DNA from: Heterodontus francisci
Taxonomy: Eukaryota
DNA length: 64,000 nucleotides
Assembly: GCF_036365525.1 (NCBI RefSeq)
Contig: NC_090399.1
Coordinates: forward strand, 59,180,430 to 59,244,429
Reading direction: 5' to 3'
The position numbers and the translations under genes were made by a program. The notes beneath the pieces were generated by a model. It did no database searches. It had not been told where the DNA came from and worked only from the letters and a program-made list of their open reading frames with translations. Of this stretch, positions 52,001 to 60,600 are shown one piece after another (position 1 is the first letter of the stretch; every line of letters begins with the position of its first letter).

Positions 52001-52242
52001 CTCTCCATTCTCCAGTCCCAGTGCCCAGTCTAGCACTGAAACCCTCTCAGAGCCCATTACTCACTGACCAAGGGTTAATGCCCCAGTACCCAGCCTGGCA
52101 CTGAGTCCTCTCAGAGCCCATTACCCACTGACCAAGGGTTAATGCCCCAGTACCCAGCCTGGCACTGAGACCCTCTCAGTCCCCATTACTCACCTGCAGA
52201 GACTCCTCCACACAGGAGGACCAGTTCTATCACTCCAATCAT
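15970..52242 (-). CDS. UAA: MHC class I heavy chain, shark classical UAA-like; spliced CDS join(52242-52194,33803-33543,26542-26270,25721-25446,17476-17351,16434-16399,16016-15970), 355 aa
   Basis: Exon lengths 49+261+273+276+126+36+47=1068 nt; all junctions GT-AG and phase 1; frame open to TGA at 15972-15970. Leader/alpha1/alpha2/alpha3/TM/cytoplasmic architecture. Peptide-anchoring Y7, Y59, R84, Y123, T143, K146, W147, Y159, Y171 (HLA numbering, aligned by eye) are all present. MHC-I call is firm; the UAA lineage symbol rests on recalled similarity to shark sequences, not on a search. Confidence 0.93.
16063..16260. other. N run (198 nt) inside MHC-I intron 6
   Basis: Seen directly. Confidence 0.99.
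16399..16434 (-). CDS. UAA: MHC-I exon 6, cytoplasmic (GGEYKHSYSSAN)
   Basis: Acceptor tctttgtag|GA, donor C|GTAAGT, 36 nt. Carries the conserved class I YxxA motif (YSSA). Confidence 0.85.
16590..17200. repeat. 28-bp minisatellite (cctgtacgggacctcagtcccctcactc), ~21 copies, intron 5
   Basis: Period read directly (16861 to 16889). Confidence 0.9.
17351..17476 (-). CDS. UAA: MHC-I exon 5, connecting peptide + transmembrane (ARMLPVTVGSSEGTNIRLIVGIVVAAIALIAVVIGAVALKRR)
   Basis: Long pyrimidine tract then cacag|CC acceptor, donor G|GTAGG, 126 nt. ~22 hydrophobic residues followed by KRR, in frame with exon 4. Confidence 0.92.
18625..18783. other. N run (159 nt)
   Basis: Seen directly; lies between oppositely oriented CR1 fragments. 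Confidence 0.99.
21012..21348 (-). mobile_element. tRNA-derived shark SINE (HE1/V-SINE-like)
   Basis: Minus-strand A box gcagtggttag and B box gggttcaattc, core gggtttcctccgggtgctccggtttcctccc, CR1-type tail. Confidence 0.88.
21752..21856. mobile_element. Short interspersed insertion with a 14-bp TSD
   Basis: atagttcaatagat at 21738-21751 and 21857-21870; interrupts a CR1 RT frame. Confidence 0.8.
23815..24040. mobile_element. Palindromic short repeat of the same family as 21752-21856
   Basis: aaatactcagcaggtcaggcagcatct ... agatgctacctgacctgctgagtattt form a long inverted repeat. Confidence 0.75.
25446..25721 (-). CDS. UAA: MHC-I exon 4, alpha3 Ig-C1 domain (VAPQVF...CLVTGFYPRDIEV...PNHDGTYQL...YSC...W)
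   Basis: Acceptor ttttactcag|TT, donor G|GTAAG, 276 nt. Class I alpha3 motifs CxxxGFYP, PNxDGTYQ and YSC. Confidence 0.96.
25770..26265. repeat. Intron-3 tandem repeats: 3 copies of a cccctttaaa(c/t)tgggg block plus ~13 degenerate 23-29-bp units (ctcactcactgactctcagtcccccc)
   Basis: Read directly; abuts the exon 3 donor. Confidence 0.85.
26270..26542 (-). CDS. UAA: MHC-I exon 3, alpha2 domain (GIHTVQVMYGCEL...TKNKW...YLEGTCIEWLKKYL)
   Basis: Acceptor attgacag|GG, donor G|GTGAGT, 273 nt. C101/C164 pair, WDGRDY, TKNKW and Y159/W167/Y171 present. Confidence 0.97.
27168..28590 (+). mobile_element. Decayed hAT DNA transposon (Blackjack-like)
   Basis: FSLAIDASNK, YSADNTSVN, AANCLAHILHN (CxxH) and LLKHVVIRW spread across frameshifted ORFs; 5' end taaggtggccat. 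Confidence 0.8.
28595..30740. mobile_element. CR1 fragments (minus 28595-30170; plus 30190-30740)
   Basis: ORFs 29856-30209 (RT), 29542-29796 (YADDTKL), 28683-29078 and 30297-30488. Confidence 0.88.
30801..31608. mobile_element. GC-rich MITE (PIF/Harbinger-like)
   Basis: TIRs gggctgaaatttatag / ctgtaaaattctcccc; AGG flanks both ends. Confidence 0.65.
31940..32840 (-). mobile_element. CR1 3' fragment carrying a nested SINE
   Basis: LYRALVRPHLKYCEQFWSP...VQRRFNRLIPG and a (catagaaa)n tail. Confidence 0.85.
32033..32368 (+). mobile_element. tRNA-derived shark SINE (HE1/V-SINE-like)
   Basis: A/B boxes, same core as 21012-21348, (taaatc)n tail. Confidence 0.88.
32850..33535. repeat. Degenerate GA-rich repeat (ggggaatagagagacac) at the start of intron 2; also present at 30745-30800 and 31610-31940
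   Basis: Read directly. Confidence 0.75.
33543..33803 (-). CDS. UAA: MHC-I exon 2, alpha1 domain (GSHSLRYFYT...EYWEQQT...NRTNQTG)
   Basis: Acceptor tctgtgtttcag|GA, donor G|GTGAGA, 261 nt. Contains SHSLRYFYT, PEFVAVGYVDD, YW and the NQT (N86) sequon. Confidence 0.97.
33812..48200. repeat. 14.4-kb compound minisatellite gacatcagggcatgaaccccaaaacatcaaccccaca(ga)n, ~45-55-bp unit, roughly 290 copies
   Basis: 37-bp core plus a variable GA microsatellite; directly abuts the exon 2 acceptor. Confidence 0.98.
48360..50760. repeat. 32-bp minisatellite acacagagcccctgtaaataaacaccaacaca, ~75 copies
   Basis: Read directly; ORFs repeat every 32 aa (3 units). Confidence 0.96.
50765..51900. mobile_element. 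CR1 3' fragment (plus, 50765-51240) and L2-like 3' fragment (minus, 51240-51900)
   Basis: LEFRRLKGELLK-type coding; L2 tail aacttgtatttatatagtgcc...cccaaagtgcttcacagg. Confidence 0.7.
52030..52193. repeat. 64-65-bp tandem repeat (~2.5 copies) containing the intron-1 donor
   Basis: cctctcag at 52043, 52107 and 52172. Confidence 0.85.
52194..52242 (-). CDS. UAA: MHC-I exon 1, signal peptide MIGVIELVLLCGGVSA
   Basis: ATG in good context (GCAACAATGA, A at -3); 16 codons + 1 nt, then donor G|GTGAGTAA. Joins exon 2 in frame to give VSA/GSHSLRYF. Confidence 0.9.
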
Positions 52243-52279
52243 TGTTGCTTCCCTCAACAGTCTGGGATGAACAGTTTGT

Positions 52280-52289
52280 GGGGAATCCT
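52280..52289. promoter_or_regulatory. NF-kappaB-like site GGGGAATCCT in the probable 5' UTR
   Basis: First 9 nt match the reverse complement of the class I enhancer-A kB site GGGGATTCCCC. Short motif in an atypical position. Confidence 0.25.
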
Positions 52290-52311
52290 TTTCCCAAATA
52301 CTGTCTCGGGC

Positions 52312-52440
52312 TCTGTGAGCTGTGTCCAGTTCAGACTGTGTGATTCCTCTGCCCCGTGTTCTGGGTCTGTGAGCTGTGTCCAGTTCAGACTGTGTGATTC
52401 CTCTGCCCCGTGTTCTGGGTCTGTGAGCTGTGCCCAGTGC
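52312..52440. repeat. 54-bp tandem duplication in the probable 5' UTR
   Basis: ctgtgagctgtgtccagttcagactgtgtgattcctctgccccgtgttctgggt x~2.3. Confidence 0.9.
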
Positions 52441-52489
52441 TGATTGCATTAAATCAGAAGATGTTGTTGGTTATTCAGACTGCTGCATA

Positions 52490-52600
52490 CTGATTGGTTC
52501 GTTGGCATATTTGTGTCCAATCAGAATAAAACTACAGTAGTCTCTGGGCGAAAAAGATTTAGAAACCAGGAGCTGTGAATTGAAAAAGGGAAAGGTTTGC
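52490..52600 (-). promoter_or_regulatory. MHC promoter: ISRE/IRF-like (52577-52598), X1 box CCCAGAGAC (52548-52540), Y box CTGATTGG (52524-52517), proximal CCAATCAG (52497-52490)
   Basis: Order ISRE-X-Y-CCAAT on the sense strand, ~250-350 nt upstream of the ATG, matches the established class I promoter layout. X1 fits CCYAGNRAC. Confidence 0.7.
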
Positions 52601-52899
52601 AGAGTGAGTCTACCTCCAAGGAAGACCAGTGACACTCCAATGTCAATAAGCAGGATGGCAAATCAGTGTGGAGGGGATATTGGAAACTGTAAGATAAACA
52701 ATGGGTTAAGGGAGAAGGTAGCTGTAAAAGTAACCTAAAGGATACACAGGCAACATTAAAGGCTGCACCACAGACCAAGTCAACCCCAGATACAGGAAAC
52801 CACAAATAGTGTCAACAGGAACTCGTGTTTGCTCAGGTTTAAAGTAGACATGTAGAAGTGTGGTGGAACGGCGAATGGTCCAGGAGGGGCTGGAAGATG

Positions 52900-55800
52900 C
52901 AACCGATTGAGATGTTCCTGCTGACAAGGGCAATACTGACTATCTTAGGGATGGACCCTGCCTAACTATTAGCACAGGCGGGTGGAGTAAGACAAGGAGC
53001 CCTGAAACATTCTAGAGCATCTTTAACATTTATATCTTGGGAGTAGGGGTGACAGGAGGAGAAGGGAAGTGAGCACCAGCCATGACAGACCCCAGATTTA
53101 AATCCTTATTCCTTGTTTGATTATCTCTCATTCTAAAGGAGAAGGTGGGAGTGTCGGTCCACACAGGATTGGACTGGGAACAAGCTATATAAGAGGTGAC
53201 ACCAGGTTGGGATCATCCAGCAGGTGAGTGAGTTTGAGCAGCGGAGACTCAGAAAAGGCAAGTCTCAGCTGTGGACGAGCCTTGTCCCACTAGGGACAGA
53301 GACTGGGACTGAGCCAGTCCACAAGCGAGCCACACACAGTCTGAACTACTCGAACTGTGATAAACCAGGTCATGTGGACAGGAATTGGAGATCTGGGAGA
53401 GAAAGGGGGTCCACACTTTGGACGAGCTCCCTAGGGAGGAGATGGAGGAGAAAGTGATCACATTCACTGCTTTGGACAACAGATTGAGCGATTAGAAACT
53501 CTGCTGAACATGGAGAAGATTACTGAGAGAGTGGCTGCAGCAAGCTGAGGGCCTCCCATTACCCTACAGTCAAGATCAACAGAAGGAGGCATGGCCAACA
53601 GAGAATCCCAATAGAGAAGGAGAGGCCTCCTCATAGTCAGGAGTGAGGGTCCAATGTGATGGGTTAGGGAGGAGGGAGTGGTCTCCCCACAGTTGAGAGT
53701 GAGGGTCCAATGTGATGGGTTAGGGAGGAGGGACTGGTCTTCCCACAGTTGAGAGTGAGGGTCCGATGTGATGGGTTAGGGAGGAGGGAGTGGTCTCCCC
53801 ACAGTTGGAGTGAGGGTCCGATGTGATGGGTTAGGGAGGAGGGAGTGATCTCCCCACAGTTGGAGTGAGGGTCCGATGTGATAGGTTGGGGAGGAGGGAG
53901 TGGGCTCTTCACAGTTGAGAGTGAGGGTCCAATATGATGGGTTAGGGAGGAGGGAGTGGGCTCCCCACAGTTGGAGTGAGTGTCCGATGTGATGGGTTAG
54001 GGAGGAGGGAGTGGTCTCCCCACAGTTGGAGTGAGGGTCCGATGTGATAGGTTGGGGAGGAGGGAGTGGGCTCTTCACAGTTGAGAGTGAGGGTCCAATA
54101 TGATGGGTTAGGGAGGAGGGAGTGGGCTCCCCACAGTTGGAGTGAGTGTCCGATGTGATGGGTTAGGGAGGAGGGAGTGGGCTCCCCACAGTTGAGAGTG
54201 AGGGTCCAATGTGATGGGTTAGGGAGGAGGGACTGGTCTTCCCACAGTTGAGAGTGAGGGTCCGATGTGATGGAGGAGGGAGTGGGCTCCCCACAGTTGA
54301 GAGTGAGGGTCCGATGTGATGGGTTAGGGAGGAGGGAGTGGTCTCCCCACAGTTGGAGTGAGGGTCCGATGTGATAGGTTGGGGAGGAGGGAGTGGGCTC
54401 TTCACAGTTGAGAGTAAGGGTCCAATATGATGGGTTAGGGAGGAGGGAGTGGGCTCCCCACAGTTGGAGTGAGTGTCCGATGTGATGGGTTAGGAAGGAG
54501 GGAGTGGTCTCCCCACAGTTGGAGTGAGGGTCCGATGTGATAGGTTGGGGAGGAGGGAGTGGGCTCTTCACAGTTGAGAGTGAGGGTCCAATATGATGGG
54601 TTAGGGAGGAGGCAGTGGGCTCCCCACAGTTGGAGTGAGTGTCCGATGTGATGGGGTAGGGAGGAGGGAGTGGTCTCCCCACTGTTGAGAGTGAGGGTCC
54701 GATGTGATGGGTTAGGGAGGAGGGAGTGGTCTCCCCACAGTTGGAGTGAGTGTCCGATGTGATGGGTTAGGGAGGAGGGAGTGGGCTCCCTACAGTTGGA
54801 GTGAGGGTCCGATGTGATAGGTTAGGGAGGAGGGAGTGGGCTCCCTACAGTTGGAGTGAGGGTCCGATATGATAGGTTAGGGAGGAGGGAGTGGGCTCCC
54901 CACAGTTGGAGTGAGTGTCCGATGTGATGGGTTAGGGAGGAGGGAGTGGGCTCCCTACAGTTGGAGTGAGGGTCCGATGTGATAGGTTAGGGAGGAGGGA
55001 GTGGGCTCCCTACAGTTGGAGTGAGGGTCCGATGTGATAGGTTAGGGAGGAGGGAGTGGTCTCCCCACAGTTGGAGTGAGTGTCCGATGTGATGGGTTAG
55101 GGAGGAGGGAGTGGGCTCTTCACAGTTGAGAGTGAGGGTCCAATGTGATGGTTTCGGGAGGAGGGAGTGGGCTCTTCACAGTTGGAGTGAGGGTCCGATG
55201 TGATGGGTTAGGGAGGAGGGAGTGGTCTCCCCACAGTTGGAGTGAGTGTCCGATGTGATAGGTTAGGGAGGAGGGAGTGGGCTCCCCACAGTTGGAGTGA
55301 GTGTCCGATGTGATGGGTTAGGGAGGAGGGAGTGGGCTCCCTACAGTTGGAGTGAGGGTCCGATGTGATAGGTTACGGAGGAGGGAGTGGGCTCCCCACA
55401 GTTGGAGTGAGGGTTCGATGTGATAGGTTAGGGAGGAGGGAGTGGGCTCCCTGCGGTTGGAGTGAGGGTCCAATGTGATGGGTTAGGGAGGAGGGAGTGG
55501 GCTCCCTACTGTTGGAGTGAGGGTCCAATGTGATAGGTTAGGGAGGAGGGAGTGGGCTCCCTACTGTTGGAGTGAGGGTCCAATGTGATAGGTTAGGGAG
55601 GAGGGAGTGGGCTCCCTACAGTTGGAGTGAGGGTCCGATGTGATAGGTTAGGGAGGAGGGAGTGGGCTCCCTACGGTTGGAGTGAAGGTCCAATGTGATG
55701 GGTTAGGGAGGAGGGAGTGGTCACCCCACAGTTGAGAGTGAGGGTCCGATGTGATGGGTTAGGGAGGAGGGAGTGGTCTCCCCACAGTTGAGAGTGAGGG

Positions 55801-57480
55801 TCCGATGTGATGGGTTAGGGAGGAGGGAGTGGTCTCCCCACAGTTGGAGTGAGGGTCCGATGTGATAGGTTAGGGAGGAGGGAGTGGTCTCCCCACAGTT
55901 GAGAGTGAGTGTCCGATGTGATCGGTTCGGGAGGAGGGAGTAGTCTCCCCACAGTTGGAGTGAGGGTCCAATGTGATGGGTTAGGGAGGAGGGAGTGGTC
56001 TCCCCACAGTTGAGAGTGAGGGTCCAATGTGATGGGTTAGGGAGGAGGGAGTGGTCTCCCCACAGTTGAGAGTGAGGGTCCAATGTGATAGGTTAGGGAG
56101 GAGAGAGTGGTCTCCCCACAGTTGGAGTGAGGGTCTGATGTGATGGGTTAGGGAGGAGGGAGTGGTCTCCCCACAGTTGAGAGTGAGGGTCCAATGTGAT
56201 TGGTTAGGGAGGAGGGAGTGGTCTCCCCACAGTTGGAGTGAGTGTCCAATCTGATGGAGGAGTGAGGGAGGAGGGAGTGGTCTCCCCACAGTTGGAGTGA
56301 GGGTCCAATGTGATAGGTTAGGGAGGAGGGAGTGGTCTCCCCACACTTGGAGTGAGGGTCTGATGTGATGGGTTAGGGAGGAGGGAGTGGTCTCCCCACA
56401 GTTGGAGTGAGTGTCCAATCTGATGGAGGATTGAGGGAGGAGTGGTGTCCCTACAGCTGGTATAAGGGTCCGATGTGATGGGAGAGTGAGGTGGGGTGTT
56501 CTCCCCACAGCTGGAAGGAGGGTCTGATGTGATAGAGGCGTGAGGAGGGAGTGGTCTTCCCACAGTTGGAGTGAGGGTCCGATGTGATCGATTAGGGAGG
56601 AGGGAGTGGTCTCCCCACAGTTGGAGTGAGTGTCCGATGTGATGGGTTAGGGAGGAGGGAGTGGTCTTCCCACAGTTGGGAGTGAGGGTCCGATGTGATG
56701 GGAGAGTGAGGTGGGGTGTTCTCCCCACAGCTGGAAGGAGGGTCTGATGTGATAGGGGCGTGAGGAGGGAGTGGTCTCCCCACAGTCGGAGTGAGGGTCT
56801 GATGTGATAGGGGCGTGAGGAGGGAGTGGTCTTCCCACAGTCGGAGTGAGGGTCTGATGTGATGGGGTTGCTTTACCCAGTTGTTCTGGTTGGCCACAGA
56901 CAGGATTTATTGATAAACACTGGATCATTATTGACCATCACACATACCTCACAGTGTCAAACCCAGACAATGAGGAAAGGGAAACTTGCTTCACTTTCAG
57001 GCTTTAACAGGCTGGTTATCCCAGAATATGAAGCTCAGTCATGTTACATTGAAATTGTAGACAGTTTATGGTTGTGGGTACAGGAGCCCATCCTGGTGAC
57101 TCTTACAGGAAACTCGGGTAAACTGGGCTCTGATGTGTTCTCTGTGGTGGGGATGTGTGTTGAATATATAATGGATAACTGCATCTACATGTTGTGTCAG
57201 GAAGGAATGTTGAAATGTCAGATGCTTACAAGGTTTGTGCTGTTCAGAAACCTGAGGTCTCTCTGTTCCCAATGCACAGAGACAGAGCCCTATAAGATCA
57301 TTGCAAAATACACCAGCAAGTTTGTTAAACACAAACACAACTGCAGAAAGTTAGCAGGAGTGGAATACATAACAGGGTCACCTCACCAAACCCGAAAGGA
57401 ATGACCGATACCTGAGGAGAGTGAACCTCATTATCAAGACCAAACTTGATCTACTTTTTTCAGTCAAACCCACTGCACTC
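52900..57480 (+). mobile_element. Decayed LTR-retroelement/retrovirus gag-protease-RT start, split by a minisatellite
   Basis: ORF 53224-53457 NYSNCDKPGHVDRNWRS (eroded CCHC knuckle). ORF 56859-57404 LLINTGSLLTI...GKLGSD (eroded DTG aspartic protease), then FVKHKHNC...ITG. Left boundary is approximate. Confidence 0.55.
53640..56865. repeat. 55-56-bp G-rich minisatellite gagtgagggtccgatgtgatgggttagggaggagggagtggtctccccacagttg, ~58 copies
   Basis: Period read directly (53761 to 53816). Confidence 0.96.
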
Positions 57481-57504
57481 TCAGTGGAAATATTCTTTTT
57501 ATGT

Positions 57505-57625
57505 GATGTCAGCTGGGCCTCGATGGTAGCACTCTCACCTCACAATCAGAATTTCCCAATCATTCAGCACAAAATCTAGGCTGATGCTTTAGTGCAGTAC
57601 TGAGGGAGTGCTGCACTGTCGGAGG
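57505..57625 (+). mobile_element. 5' part of a tRNA-derived Deu-domain-type SINE (SacSINE1/AmnSINE-like)
   Basis: gtcagctgggcctcgatggtagcactctc...agcacaaaatctaggctgatgctttagtgcagtactgagggagtgctgcactgtcggagg. Family assignment is from recalled consensus. Confidence 0.6.
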
Positions 57626-60600
57626 GTCAGTACGGAGGGAGTGCGGCACAGTCGGAGGGGCGGTACTGAGAGAGCACAGCACTGTCGGAGGGGCAGTACT
57701 GAGGGAGTGCTGCACTGTCGGTGGGTCAGTACTGAGGGAGTGCTGCACTGTCGGAGGGTCGGTACTGAGAGAGCACAGCACTGTCTGAGGGGCAGTACTG
57801 AGGGAGGGCTGCACTGTCAGAGGGTAAGTACTGAGGGAGGGCTGCACTGTCAGAGCGTAAGTACTGAGGGAGTGCTGTGCTGTCAGAGGGTAAGTACTGA
57901 GGGGCAGCTGCATTGTCGGTGGGTCAGCACTGAGGGGAAGCTGCATTGTCAGAGGCTAAGTACTGAGGGAGGGCTGCACAGTCGGTGGGTCAGTACTGAG
58001 GGAAAGCTGCATTGTCAGAGGGTAAGTACTGAGGGAGGGCTGCACTGTCAGAGGGTAAGTACTGAGGGAGGGCTGCACTGTCAGAGGGTAAGTACTGAGG
58101 GAAGGGCTGCACTGTCAGAGGGTAAGTACTGAGGGACAGCTGCATTGTCGGTGGGTCGGTACTGAGGGAGAGCTGCACTGTCGGTGGGTCAGTACTGAGG
58201 GAGAGCTGCATTGTCGGTGGGTCAGTATTGAGGGAAAGCTGCATTGTCAGAGGGTCAATACTGAGGGAGGGCTGCACTGTCAGAGGGTAAGTACTGAGGG
58301 ACAGCTGCATTGTCGGTGGGTCGGTACTGAGGGAGAGCTGCACTGTTGGTGGATCAGTACTGAGGGAGAGCTGCACTGTCGGTGGGTCGGTACTGAGGGA
58401 GTGCTGCATTGTCAGAGGGTCAGCACTGAGGGAGTGCTGCACTGTCAGAGGGTCAATACTGAGGGAGGGCTGCACTGTCAGAGGGTAAGTACTGAGGGAC
58501 AGCTGCATTGTCGGTGGGTCAGTACTCAGGGAGTGCTGCACTGTCGGTGGGTCAGTACTGAGGGAGTGCTGCATTGTCGGTGGGTCAGTACTGAGGGAGG
58601 GCTGCACTGTCAGAGGGTAAGTACTGAGGGAGTGCTGCATTGTCGGTGGGTCGGTACTGAGGGAGAGCTGCACTGTCGGTGGGTCAGTACTGAGGGAGGC
58701 CTGCACTGTCAGAGGATAAGTACTGAGGGAGTGCTGCACTGTCGGTGGGTCAGTACTGAGGGAGAGCTGCATTGTCAGTGGGTCGGTACTGAGGGAGTGC
58801 TGCATTGTCGGTGGGTCAGTCCTGAGGGAAAGCTGCAGTGTCGTTGGGTCAGTACTGAGGGAGTGCTGCACTGTCAGAGGGGAAGTACTGAGGGACAGCT
58901 GCATTGTCGGTGGGTCGGTACTGAGGGAGAGCTGCACTGTCGGTGGGTCAGTATTGAGGGAGAGCTGCACTGTCGGTGGGTCGGTACTGAGAGAGAGCTG
59001 CATTGTCAGAGGGTCAATACTGAGGGAGGGCTGCACTGTCAGAGGGTAAGTACTGAGGGACAGCTGCATTGTCGGTGGGTCGGTACTGAGGGAGAGCTGC
59101 ACTGTCGGTGGGTCAGTACTGAGGGAGTGCTGCATTGTCGGTGGGTCGGTACTGAGGGAGAGCTGCACTGTCGGTGGGTCAGTACTGAGGGAGGGCTGCA
59201 CTGTCAGAGGATAAGTACTGAGGGAGTGCTGCACTGTCGGTGGGTCAGTACTGAGGGAGAGCTGCATTGTCAGTGGGTCGGTACTGAGGGAGTGCTGCAT
59301 TGTCGGTGGGTCAGTCCTGAGGGAAAGCTGCAGTGTCGTTGGGTCAGTACTGAGGGAGTGCTGCACTGTCGGTGGGTCAGTACTGAGGGAGAGCTGCACT
59401 GTCAGAGGGTCAGTACTGAGGGAGGGCTGCACTGTCAGAGGGGAAGTACTGAGGGACAGCTGCATTGTCGGTGGGTCGGTACTGAGGGAGAGCTGCACTG
59501 TAGGTGGGTCAGTATTGAGGAAGAGCTGCACTGTCGGTGGGTCGGTACTGAGAGAGAGCTGCATTGTCAGAGGGTCAATACTGAGGGAGGGCTGCACTGT
59601 CAGAGGGTAAGTACTGAGGGACAGCTGCATTGTCGGTGGGTCGGTACTGAGGGAGAGCTGCACTGTCGGTGGGTCAGTACTGAGGGAGTGCTGCATTGTC
59701 GGTGGGTCAGTACTGAGGGAGGGCTGCACTGTCAGAGGGTAAGTACTGAGGGAGTGCTGCATTGTCGGTGGGTCGGTACTGAGGGAGAGCTGCACTGTCG
59801 GTGGGTCAGTACTGAGGGAGGGCTGCACTGTCAGAGGATAAGTACTGAGGGAGTGCTGCACTGTCAGTGGGTCAGTACTGAAGGAGAGCTGCATTGTCAG
59901 TGGGTCGGTACTGAGGGAGTGCTGCATTGTCGGTGGGTCAGTCCTGAGGGAAAGCTGCAGTGTCGTTGGGTCAGTACTGAGGGAGTGCTGCACTGTCGGT
60001 GGGTCAGTACTGAGGGAGAGCTGCACTGTCAGAGGGTCAGTACTGAGGGAGGGCTGCACTGTCAGAGGGGAAGTACTGAGGGACAGCTGCATTGTCGGTG
60101 GGTCGGTACTGAGGGAGAGCTGCACTGTCGGTGGGTCAGTATTGAGGGAGAGCTGCACTGTCGGTGGGTCGGTACTGAGAGAGAGCTGCATTGTCAGATG
60201 GTCAATACTGAGGGAGGGCTGCACTGTCAGAGGGTAAGTACTGAGGGACAGCTGCATTGTCGGTGGGTCGGTACTGAGGGAGAGCTGCACTGTCGGTGGT
60301 TCAGTACTGAGGGAGAGCTGCACGGTCAGTGGGTCGGTACTGAGGGAGTGCTGCATTGTCAGAGGGTCAGTACTGAGGGAGTGCTGCACTGTCGGTGGGT
60401 CAGTACTGAGGGAGTGCTGCATTGTCGGTGGGTCAGTACTGAGGGAGGGCTGCACTGTCGGTGGGTCAGTACTGAGGGAGTGCTGCATTGTCGGTGGGTC
60501 AGTACTGAGGGAGGGCTGCACTGTCAGAGGGTAAGTACTGAGGGAGTGCTGCATTGTCGGTGGGTCGGTACTGAGGGAGAGCTGCACTGTCGGTGGGTCA

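Noticed and set aside
53186-53229. TATATAAG plus CAG|GTGAGT as a divergent plus-strand gene
   Set aside because: The donor is too close to the expected TSS, it lies in gag-like sequence, and I found no downstream exon.
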